Source: Shigella phage SHSML-45. Taken from it: a DNA stretch of 64,000 bases. The position numbers and the translations under genes are program-made. Location: the sequence record KX130863; one strand, written 5' to 3'. The first letter of the stretch is position 1; each line of letters starts with the position of its first letter. The notes below the pieces were generated by a model that did not search any database, was not told the DNA's origin, and saw only the letters and a list, made by a program, of their open reading frames with translations. Of this stretch, positions 36,225 to 44,866 are shown one piece after another.

Positions 36225-37064
36225 TTAAGAAGACATCTTAGCTTTAAGAGCTGGGTGAGGATCGTACCCCTCTAAATGGAATGACCAAGCTGCCGTATTA
36301 TTATCCAGTAAATCGTAGAGATCTACAAATTCTGGCATTACTAGAGTTGGCAAAGGACGTGGTTTGCGTTTCATTTGCTCCTCTACTTGCTCTATATGAT
36401 CATTATAGATATGAGTATCACCGCCACTAAAGATAAGATAACGAGGTTTTAATCCTGTCAGTTTTGCTAATATGTGCGTTAATAAAGCATAACTAGCAAT
36501 ATTGAAAGGTAGGCCTAGAAAACAGTCTACAGAACGTTGTGTCCATTTAAGATCTAAGTATCCATCATTACTTACGTAACACTGAAAACCATAATGACAT
36601 GGTGGTAGTGCCATCTTATCCAGTTCAGCAACGTTCCATGCGGATACTAGGTGTCTACGACCATGTGGATTATTCTTGAGTCCCTCAATGAGTTCTAAAA
36701 TCTGATCTCGTCCGCCAAAGTTGCGCCATTGTTTACCATATACTGGTCCTAGATTACCATTGTCATAACCCATGCTTATAGCTTGGTCTTCATAATTTGG
36801 GGTCCAGATAGTCCACTGTCCTTCGTCACGCCCAAATGTGAATACACGCAGATCATGGAGATTTGTAGACCCAGATAGGAACCATAAGAGTTCTCCAACT
36901 ACCGATTTCCAAGCTAGACGTTTAGTGGTTACGGCAGGGAATCCCTCACGTAGATCGAACTTAGCATAGGAATCAAAAATTGAAACTGTGCCTGTTCCTG
37001 TACGGTCATTACGGGGTTCACCTAGTAAAATTACATCTGTCAAAATTTTTAAGTATTGTTGCAT
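36225..37064 (-). CDS. thyA: thymidylate synthase
   Basis: NDRTGTGT and LPPCH active-site motifs; 279 aa. Confidence 0.85.
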   Translation of the reverse strand: MQQYLKILTDVILLGEPRNDRTGTGTVSIFDSYAKFDLREGFPAVTTKRLAWKSVVGELLWFLSGSTNLHDLRVFTFGRDEGQWTIWTPNYEDQAISMGYDNGNLGPVYGKQWRNFGGRDQILELIEGLKNNPHGRRHLVSAWNVAELDKMALPPCHYGFQCYVSNDGYLDLKWTQRSVDCFLGLPFNIASYALLTHILAKLTGLKPRYLIFSGGDTHIYNDHIEQVEEQMKRKPRPLPTLVMPEFVDLYDLLDNNTAAWSFHLEGYDPHPALKAKMSS

Positions 37065-37597
37065 TAATAAGTAACCAATTCCTGTACAAATCGCAGGCTG
37101 TTATCACTGTTTGCGCCAACTGCATAGACTAATCGAGTGGATTCATAGTTATAATCCAGTATCATACTATCTAGGTGTGTATCTGCCTCTAGCTTCTGCT
37201 CGCTAAAAATTGTAGATACAAAAGCACTTTCAATATGTCCATGTTGGTACATTTCTAGAAGAAGATTAGCTCCACCTAGAACTAATGTTTGCTGATCTTT
37301 TAGGAAAGTAGGTAATGTATCACCTATCATTGATATGGGAGTGTAAATATCGTGTGTAATATCATCTGGCAGTGGACGATCAGCACGAATAAATAGGTCA
37401 GAAGCTCCAATCATACGTTCTCTAACGGCGTATGGAAGAGCTAAATAAGTACCAGCACCAATGATGATGTTATCTGGATTCAACACGTCCAGTTGAGAAT
37501 AGAAAGCATCTAGTTCTTCTTTGAAGGAACCCCAGGGAAGTTTACCTCGGAGGCCGAACTCCCCATTCGGCCCAACTGCATACATTGCTGTAATCAT
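37064..37597 (-). CDS. dihydrofolate reductase
   Basis: DHFR-like N-terminus and size; overlaps thyA start and nrdB stop. Confidence 0.7.
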   Translation of the reverse strand: MITAMYAVGPNGEFGLRGKLPWGSFKEELDAFYSQLDVLNPDNIIIGAGTYLALPYAVRERMIGASDLFIRADRPLPDDITHDIYTPISMIGDTLPTFLKDQQTLVLGGANLLLEMYQHGHIESAFVSTIFSEQKLEADTHLDSMILDYNYESTRLVYAVGANSDNSLRFVQELVTY

Positions 37598-38739
37598 AAG
37601 AAATCTCCAAATTCATTACCCAGATCTTTCAGAGTATCAGTAGAGGTTTCGGTGACTTGACCTACACGATATGCTGCACCAATCTGGATTTCTTGTGGAG
37701 CAGGCTGTAAAGAAGTGGTATCCAGCCAGTTCATGATCCACGGAATGGGGTTCTTGGTGATTACTGGTAAATGACTAGGCCATTCTACACCGATGTGCAT
37801 AAATGCATTACGCCCCACAAAGTACAGATATTCTTCTAGAAGTTCTGCGTTCAAGCCAATCAGACTACGACCTTTGAAAATGAAATGACCCCATTCAATT
37901 TCAGTTTTCAGAGTTTTCAGGAGCTGTGCTGGTGCTTTAGCCACTGCTTCATCCACCAGATCTTTGTCAAACTGCTGGAACATAATCTGGATGATTGCTT
38001 TAGACATCTGAGTGTGCAGAGCTTCATCTTTAGCGATTAATTGCAGATTTTTAGCAATACCTTGCAGAATATCGTTCTCTGCTAACGCAAAGGTACATGC
38101 AAAGGATGCATAGAACTGCATTGCTTCCAGACCGTAGATTGCAAAATAAGCGTCTAATAACTTAGCCTGGGTTTCACGTTTAACTTCAGGAAACTCTGTT
38201 TCTGGGTAAGTATTATCACCACGATGATCGCGTACTGCGATGAAATACTGACCTAACTGGTATAGTTCATCGAACAGTTCAACAGAATCAGCGATACGTG
38301 CAAATGCTTCTTGGTTTTTAGTTACAGAATCAATAAATTCTGCTGGATCAGTCAGCACATTACGAATAATATTACTATATGCACGGCTATGCAGATCTTC
38401 GAAGTAGCTCCACTGCTTGAGCATACCTTCCAATTCTGGACGACTTACAAGTGGCATAATAGCTGCTTCAGGCGCTCGACTGATAAAGGAATCAGTTTGA
38501 GTCTGCCATGCTAAATTCAGAAGTGTAATTTCCTGAATTTCACGTGGGAGATTAGGCCATTGTTTCTTATCTGCTTCCAGACTGATTTCAGTTTCAGTCC
38601 AAAATTGAGAGCGAGCTAATAACGCCAGCCTTTCTAGCTCTGGATGGGCTACCCTTACATAGTCTGCAATACCAAGTGAATCACCCAGGAAAAGATCTGG
38701 ATTAGTATGATCCCATTTTAAATTAAGTAAAGTTGTCAT
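37594..38739 (-). CDS. nrdB: ribonucleotide reductase class Ia small subunit
   Basis: 381 aa, adjacent to nrdA, Glu/His-containing helices typical of R2. Confidence 0.75.
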   Translation of the reverse strand: MTTLLNLKWDHTNPDLFLGDSLGIADYVRVAHPELERLALLARSQFWTETEISLEADKKQWPNLPREIQEITLLNLAWQTQTDSFISRAPEAAIMPLVSRPELEGMLKQWSYFEDLHSRAYSNIIRNVLTDPAEFIDSVTKNQEAFARIADSVELFDELYQLGQYFIAVRDHRGDNTYPETEFPEVKRETQAKLLDAYFAIYGLEAMQFYASFACTFALAENDILQGIAKNLQLIAKDEALHTQMSKAIIQIMFQQFDKDLVDEAVAKAPAQLLKTLKTEIEWGHFIFKGRSLIGLNAELLEEYLYFVGRNAFMHIGVEWPSHLPVITKNPIPWIMNWLDTTSLQPAPQEIQIGAAYRVGQVTETSTDTLKDLGNEFGDFL

Positions 38740-39263
38740 TAGTTCTCCTGTTTATCTGTGTTTCTAAGTAGTGTTGGGTCTTTGGTTATAGAGAGAATTA
38801 AAGAATCTCGATACTCTATCGCCTCTTCTAGAGTTGGGAGAGTTTTCACATATTCTTTTCCGTTAATGTATTTTCTAACTTGAAATCCAGACCCTTTCTT
38901 CCGAATATTCTTAGTACCCAATATATTGTTTTTACTGGTTTTTCTATTTTGACTATTTAACTGCCAGTCTGCTTCTCTTAGATTAGTCCACTTATAGTTT
39001 AGTGAATCTCCATCTATATGGTCAACCATAATTTTAGGTAAGTTTCCTGTCATGTACAGGAAAGCAATATTTTGTGCGGGATACTTCTTACCCTTGATTT
39101 GTATTACTAAGTCTTTTCGGTTAGGATCTACTGAGTGTGGTTTTAAACAGCCAGCAGGTAGTCCTCTTACTTTATTATGTACTTCCTGGTTATTTAACCA
39201 AGTAAATGTTCCTTCATCTGGATTATACTCCAGAATCCTTTTTAATTCATCTTGTGTTATCAA
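38739..39263 (-). CDS. HNH homing endonuclease between nrdA and nrdB
   Basis: Conserved MITQ..LEYNP N-terminus; IAFLYMTGNLPKIMVDHIDGDSLN motif. Confidence 0.8.
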   Translation of the reverse strand: MITQDELKRILEYNPDEGTFTWLNNQEVHNKVRGLPAGCLKPHSVDPNRKDLVIQIKGKKYPAQNIAFLYMTGNLPKIMVDHIDGDSLNYKWTNLREADWQLNSQNRKTSKNNILGTKNIRKKGSGFQVRKYINGKEYVKTLPTLEEAIEYRDSLILSITKDPTLLRNTDKQEN

Positions 39264-39328
39264 AATTAATCTCCTTAACTAATGGAGATATTATAGCAAA
39301 TCAGGTAGCGATTAGCAAGTAAAATTTC

Positions 39329-39366
39329 AAAGAAAAAAGGAGACCCGAAGATCTCCTTGTTTTTAT
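39329..39366. terminator. bidirectional terminator hairpin
   Basis: AGGAGA-loop-TCTCCT stem flanked by A6 and T5 runs. Confidence 0.55.
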
Positions 39367-42300
39367 TATAACTGACAGCCTCCTGATGCACAGCCTACTG
39401 CTTCTTCACCAGCTCCACCACCATTTTCAGTATTAAAATTAGCATAATACCAAGTTTTTATACCATACTTAACAGCGATCATGAAGTCACGAACTACTAC
39501 TGGGCCTGGAATGATTTCATTCTCGAATTTAGAGTAGTCATAATACGACTGGAAGCTTGAAGACTGATTCAGGAACTTCTGGTAAACAGCATTCCACTTA
39601 ATATACTCTACCCTATCAATGTCATAAGCCAGTTTATAGCTCATTAATGTATCCCAATCAGTTGCACCTGGAGCAATTGCAATTACTTTATTCACTGCAC
39701 TACCCTTGATAGATACGATCTTACGGGGCGGTTCGATAGAGTTAGTAACACCTAGCAGTACAGAGGAACTTTCACCTGGCATCTGAGCAGTCAGAACAGA
39801 GTTGCGCATACCATATTTCAGAATATCTGCACGCAGAGATTCCCAATCCATTTCTAGACCTACAGTTACCAGTTCATCAACAGTTTTCTTGTACGTGTCG
39901 ATTACCAGAGTTCCTTGCGAAGGCTTAGTACGATTAAACCAGTCACATGCACCTTGTTCTTTAGCCAGACGTACAGAGGCTTTATGTAGGAAGTAGGACA
40001 GCTTTTCAGCTTCACGGTGAATCCAGTTACGGGCTTCAACACCTTCGTAAGCCAAACCTTCTGCTGCCATTGCACCTGCTGCGTTCATCAGACCAATACC
40101 AACGTTACGACGTTTCTTAGCCGTGTACTCCATAGTTGGGAATGGGTAATCCTGAATCTCGATGATTGTATCAACGAATTTCAGAAGAATGTAGCAAGTT
40201 TTCTCCCATTCAGCCAGAGATTCCATACGACCTAGTACAACACCACCTAAGTTACACAGAGATACTTCACCAATATCTTCTGGACGCATATCGTCTAACT
40301 GATCTTGGGTCTTATACAGCTCCATAATGTGATGGAATGGACGGGTTGGCTGAGTAATTTCAACACAAAGGTTGGTCATACGAATCGGGTCAAGGAAGTT
40401 ACCATGACGGTTAGATTCACCAATGTGATGAGCATACATACGCCCTGTTTCCATACGGATACGTAACCAAGTATCTAGGATTTCTTTTGCAGAGATTCTA
40501 GGAGCTGCTGGAATTGTTTTTCCTTCGTGGTCGATCTTTGTAAGAGAAGCCACACGTTTCTCCGCTGCCACGTAGATTTCTTCAAACTTAGCCTCATCTT
40601 CGCCATAAAACGCTTCATGAACTTCTGGTGCGTAGAAGTATGACATTAGCGTAATATCTTCATTTTTCAGATAACGTTTTAACAAAAGATTGTTGAAGCT
40701 CAGAGAATAATCCATCTTATCGATTTTATTCTCGTCTGTAGCACGTTGTTGCTTAACCTGCATCAACTGGATGATTTCAGGGTCAAAGTAAGGATAGGAT
40801 ACAGTAGCAGAACCACCACGGCTATTACCACAGACTATGGTATGCCCGTTACGGCGCACTACTAACTTATTGGTGGGTACTTCCACACAATAAACTTTAC
40901 CAATATACTCAACTTCAGTTTCCTTGATACCCTCTGCTGTCATATCTAGTTGGTCAAAATAGACATAGCAACGGTCTTTAGTGCTTGTATTTGAGCGTAA
41001 TCCAGCAATTGCTGCTAGAGCCTGCACCACATGTTGTTGCCCTGCGTGGCTTGAGTATTCTCCAACATTTTCGGATTTCCAGTACCCATCCCACTCCATG
41101 ATTTCTTTCAATGCTTCTTTCGCAGCATTAGATGTTAAATCCTTCTCTAGCAGGAAAGATAAGTCTTTCGAATAGTATAGCTGCCCATGCCCAATATGAA
41201 TGGTAGTTACACCTTGTTCATTTAGCTTCTTAGAATATTTAAGACCTAAATCATCTAGGATATGTACTAAACGATCTACCTTGCGTTGCTTTTTAAATCC
41301 GAAACGATACGCTCTACCTGTATTTGTTTCTACGATTGAACCATCAGCCTGCAATGCAATACGGAAGCGGTCTAGCATGGTGATAGTATCAGTACCATTT
41401 GTTTTCTGCGCTGAACCAAAATCTAGTGCATGGGTTCTTTTTGGTTGCCAATCTTCTGCTAGGATTTTCTGATACCCAGGTTTACGTTGGATATTCTTAT
41501 TATTATACGATACTTGACGGTATACCATAGTATGGTTAGGGGTTACTAGAAGATCTACCCCTCTTTTCTCGAAACGTAACATTGTACCTTCGTAATCATA
41601 CTCGAACACATTAAGAGGTAATACCCATTCTAACCCCCTACTATCAGTAATCTGAGCGACTAACTCATCTCCAGTAAGTTCTGAGAATAACTTCCAACCA
41701 TTCTTAGTTAAGACTTCAGTATCCTCGGAGTAGCACTGTTGGGTATTTGCCTTTACTGAGCGGTCAATGTGTCGATAATATGGCAGTTTTCCGGAATGCG
41801 GGAATGCCCCATTTCGCACCGGATCAGCAATTGATCGGCTTTCAAGATGATACCCGATTCCCGCTCTGGCTGCGACCATTTTGAAGACGATGTGCTCGGC
41901 TGTGTCGATTGAATCCAACGTGTCAGTGGAATCCACGAGGCAGCAACTAGCAAATCCACGGTCACTAGAACGCAAACCAACCAGTGGCGGCGTAGGAACG
42001 TTGATTTTGTGGAGCGACATTGCATTGTAGAGATCGATTGCATCTAGAATTGTCCAGTTGGGTTGAGATAACATCGCCATTGCCATGCCCATATAGGCAA
42101 ATTGCGGGGTTTCGTAAATTTCACCAGTGGCTATATTACGACGGGAATATTTATCAAAGAACTGTTTCAGTCCACCACTAGTAAAAAGACGGTCACGATC
42201 GTGGTCTATAACCTGATTCAGAGCTTCAAATTGCTCATCGGTAATCCATGCACTCATGTCTTCCCATGCACCTACACTAACCATATGATCGTGGAAGAAG

Positions 42301-42608
42301 CGTAGAGAAGGTGGTTCGAAGGAATCATAAAGGCGTTTACGCATCTGCGCAAGACGTAATTCCTTTGCTGGCACGTCGTATGCTGGATTATCTTTAATAA
42401 GACTTTCGGCAGCTTTAATTAACGCATCCATCAGAGTATCGGAATCTACAACCCCTTTAGGCAGAGTTTTTTGAGCAGCCATAGTAATGGCTGACCAACT
42501 TACATCAACTGTTTTGCAGCCATACTCTGCCCAACCATTGAGTTTTTCAGGAGCAAAGTCTTCTACAGTACCGTCACGTTTAATTACTTTTTCAATGCGA
42601 TGGCTCAT
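39366..42608 (-). CDS. nrdA: ribonucleotide reductase class Ia large subunit, intein-containing precursor
   Basis: ATP-cone N-terminus, NLCVEI active-site motif, C-terminal Cys pair; ~300-aa insertion with intein blocks; start set to second Met (RBS AAAGGAAAA) rather than track start 42668. Confidence 0.85.
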   Translation of the reverse strand: MSHRIEKVIKRDGTVEDFAPEKLNGWAEYGCKTVDVSWSAITMAAQKTLPKGVVDSDTLMDALIKAAESLIKDNPAYDVPAKELRLAQMRKRLYDSFEPPSLRFFHDHMVSVGAWEDMSAWITDEQFEALNQVIDHDRDRLFTSGGLKQFFDKYSRRNIATGEIYETPQFAYMGMAMAMLSQPNWTILDAIDLYNAMSLHKINVPTPPLVGLRSSDRGFASCCLVDSTDTLDSIDTAEHIVFKMVAARAGIGYHLESRSIADPVRNGAFPHSGKLPYYRHIDRSVKANTQQCYSEDTEVLTKNGWKLFSELTGDELVAQITDSRGLEWVLPLNVFEYDYEGTMLRFEKRGVDLLVTPNHTMVYRQVSYNNKNIQRKPGYQKILAEDWQPKRTHALDFGSAQKTNGTDTITMLDRFRIALQADGSIVETNTGRAYRFGFKKQRKVDRLVHILDDLGLKYSKKLNEQGVTTIHIGHGQLYYSKDLSFLLEKDLTSNAAKEALKEIMEWDGYWKSENVGEYSSHAGQQHVVQALAAIAGLRSNTSTKDRCYVYFDQLDMTAEGIKETEVEYIGKVYCVEVPTNKLVVRRNGHTIVCGNSRGGSATVSYPYFDPEIIQLMQVKQQRATDENKIDKMDYSLSFNNLLLKRYLKNEDITLMSYFYAPEVHEAFYGEDEAKFEEIYVAAEKRVASLTKIDHEGKTIPAAPRISAKEILDTWLRIRMETGRMYAHHIGESNRHGNFLDPIRMTNLCVEITQPTRPFHHIMELYKTQDQLDDMRPEDIGEVSLCNLGGVVLGRMESLAEWEKTCYILLKFVDTIIEIQDYPFPTMEYTAKKRRNVGIGLMNAAGAMAAEGLAYEGVEARNWIHREAEKLSYFLHKASVRLAKEQGACDWFNRTKPSQGTLVIDTYKKTVDELVTVGLEMDWESLRADILKYGMRNSVLTAQMPGESSSVLLGVTNSIEPPRKIVSIKGSAVNKVIAIAPGATDWDTLMSYKLAYDIDRVEYIKWNAVYQKFLNQSSSFQSYYDYSKFENEIIPGPVVVRDFMIAVKYGIKTWYYANFNTENGGGAGEEAVGCASGGCQL
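40824..41735 (-). mobile_element. intein (304 aa) with LAGLIDADG-type homing endonuclease domain inside nrdA
   Basis: Starts CYSEDTEVLTKNG (block A), TPNH (block B), LAGLIDADG-like ALQADGS, ends ..GN followed by Ser; flanks rejoin to conserved R1 sequence. Confidence 0.65.
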
Positions 42609-42950
42609 TTGGTTTTCCTTTTTATAGTTATCAGGATTTAGGAAATAGTTTACTTTATTCTCAGTCATTTGGCAAATAAAATTTCTGATAGAAAAGGCCC
42701 GAGTATTTTCATACCCAGGCCTCCTGTGTTGTCAGTCTAGTTTTTGGCCACTTAAGTTCTCAGCAGAATATCTATTGAGGTACTTAGTTCATTATAATTG
42801 AAGGGCCGATTTGGATTTGAGGTTACAATTTTCCACGCTAGGGTAGTCTTAGGACTTTCTTCCCCTTCCTTACGTGTAATCATATTAGCAGCACTCAGTG
42901 AAGTACGATGTATTTTAGTTTTACGGTGTAGATGTACGACGTTTCCCATA

Positions 42951-43712
42951 TTACACCTTCCCCATGTCTTTAAAAATATCGTAGAATGCTTTAGACTCAG
43001 CAGAACGAACGTTATCAATCAATTCGATCATAGAGAAAGGAGAGTTTTCATACTTCTCATAGACTTCCATAAGAAGTGCTAGACCTGAGTCACCTTTAAT
43101 GTCTTTCTGAGCTATATCCCCGCAGATAATTAAACGGCAGTCTTGTCCTACACGAGTTAGGAGACAAACCATTGCCTCAACGGAAATATTCTGAGCTTCA
43201 TCGACAATTACATAGGAGTTGTTGAAAGTTCTGCCACGAGCATGTTCTATAGCCAAAAATTTAATTTTCTGACGTTCGACATATCCCTTATAGGCATGAT
43301 CACCGATGGCCCATTTCATACCATCAGCTATTGGCTCTAACCAAGGCTCTAGCTTTTCTGCTAGATCACCAGGAAGCATACCAAGAGACTTACCTAGAGG
43401 TTCATTAGGACGTACGAGGATCACTTGCTCAATATCTGAGTGAATGTCTACGAGTTCCTGAGCTGCAAGAACAGACGGGATAAAGGTTTTACCAGTACCC
43501 GGCTCACCGATACCCACAGTCACTGTGTTGTTCTTGATCATATTAATATATGATTTTTGCTCTCGGTTTTTACCTACTAGGGATTTAGCAACTGGGTTAG
43601 CGTAATCATTAGAAAAATCAGCCTGAATTACGTTACTCCCATATTTGTTGCCACGCTTTCTTGAACCATTGCGGTTCTCTCTTTTTTGACGTGCTTTTCC
43701 CATAAATAACAC
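42951..43712 (-). CDS. phoH: PhoH-like ATPase
   Basis: Walker A GEPGTGKT and PhoH-like organisation. Confidence 0.75.
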   Translation of the reverse strand: MLFMGKARQKRENRNGSRKRGNKYGSNVIQADFSNDYANPVAKSLVGKNREQKSYINMIKNNTVTVGIGEPGTGKTFIPSVLAAQELVDIHSDIEQVILVRPNEPLGKSLGMLPGDLAEKLEPWLEPIADGMKWAIGDHAYKGYVERQKIKFLAIEHARGRTFNNSYVIVDEAQNISVEAMVCLLTRVGQDCRLIICGDIAQKDIKGDSGLALLMEVYEKYENSPFSMIELIDNVRSAESKAFYDIFKDMGKV

Positions 43713-43789
43713 TCCTATAGTGTACTTCGCTTCTAACAGAGGATCAACAAAGAGATCTTGTTTATCAACTTACAAATATATTATAACAA

Positions 43790-43818
43790 GGTTTACAGCA
43801 AAAAGCAAGTATAATTTT
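43790..43818 (-). promoter_or_regulatory. sigma70-type early promoter for the minus-strand operon
   Basis: TTGCTT-N17-TATAAT on the minus strand in the divergent intergenic region. Confidence 0.55.
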
Positions 43819-43945
43819 AAATAAACCTATGATATTGCTTTTAAGTAAAAAATTTACTTGCTTATAAAGGTAGAAATATGATACTAGATAATCATTTATT
43901 TATATGCGAAATATTACAGTATTAGATGGCGAAAGAAAATTTTAA

Positions 43946-43974
43946 TTGACATAGTGGATAATGTTTAGTATAAT
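43946..43974 (+). promoter_or_regulatory. sigma70-type promoter (TTGACA-N17-TATAAT) for the plus-strand block
   Basis: Perfect consensus hexamers with 17-nt spacer. Confidence 0.65.
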
Positions 43975-44002
43975 AGGTGTAAAAATTCTGTGGAGAAGTG
44001 GA

Positions 44003-44866
44003 ATGCCGAAAAAATTAACTCAAGAAGAAGTAGATAAATGCCTAGCCGAGCGTGGTTTTACTATGGTGGATAAGCCATATCAAAATTCTAGGTATAGGCA
44101 TACGTATCAGTGTGAATACGGTCACCAATGGACAGCTAAATTTGACGCTATTAGGAATGGAAAGACCAATTGTCCTACTTGCTCTATTAGTAGCCGTAAA
44201 CTAGATATTGATAAAATTAATACTATATTACAGGACAGAGGTATTACATTGTTGAACGGCTATAAAAATAGTGCCGATATAAATACTAAATTTAGGTGTG
44301 TTTGTGGTCATGAGTGGGCTACTACACTTAATAGTATAATTAATAGAGGTAGTGGCTGCCCATCTTGTGCTGCTAATAAACAGAAACTTAGTGTTAATAC
44401 TATAAATGATCGTCTTGCTGCCAGAAATATCAGAATAGTGGGTGAGTATAGTAATGCGAATACTAAGACCGCCTTTCTTTGTGGTGCAGGGCATAGGTGG
44501 GAAGCTACTCCAGGGTCTGTATTAAGGGGGAACGGTTGTCCTTACTGTAGTTATAGAGATTTAGAAAGTACTAGGATATATGTTATGTATAGCCCCTCAC
44601 ATGGGGTTAAAATAGGTAGGTCTAACAATCCAGAGCGTAGACTTCTACATATTAGATCTAGTAGCCACCTTATTGATTTGGAAATAATTAAAGTATTTGA
44701 AATTGGGGAATATAGTAGTGCAGTTCGAATAGAAAAATTAGCCCATAACTACTTTAAAGAGCAGAATTGCCAGTACAAAGATTTTGACGGCGCTACGGAA
44801 TTCTTCAATATTGAACCAAAAGTAGCTATAAAGTTTATCGAGGAAATAATCAATGACAGAGAATGA
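44003..44866 (+). CDS. zinc-ribbon repeat protein with C-terminal T5orf172/GIY-YIG-like domain
   Basis: Four C-x2-C..CP-x-C repeats then IYVMYSPSHGVKIGRSNNPERR-type domain; start at Met with GGAGAAG RBS. Confidence 0.6.
   Translation: MPKKLTQEEVDKCLAERGFTMVDKPYQNSRYRHTYQCEYGHQWTAKFDAIRNGKTNCPTCSISSRKLDIDKINTILQDRGITLLNGYKNSADINTKFRCVCGHEWATTLNSIINRGSGCPSCAANKQKLSVNTINDRLAARNIRIVGEYSNANTKTAFLCGAGHRWEATPGSVLRGNGCPYCSYRDLESTRIYVMYSPSHGVKIGRSNNPERRLLHIRSSSHLIDLEIIKVFEIGEYSSAVRIEKLAHNYFKEQNCQYKDFDGATEFFNIEPKVAIKFIEEIINDRE

Noticed and set aside
39802-42305. Several 60-100 aa ORFs on either strand inside nrdA (39802, 40017, 40981, 41200, 41753, 42102)
   Set aside because: All are embedded in a well-supported 1080-aa coding sequence and are out-of-frame or antisense artefacts.
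42752-43082. ORFs 42752..43018 (minus) and 42798..43082 (plus) at the nrdA/phoH junction
   Set aside because: They overlap each other and the PhoH C-terminus and have no RBS or recognisable motifs; probably spurious.
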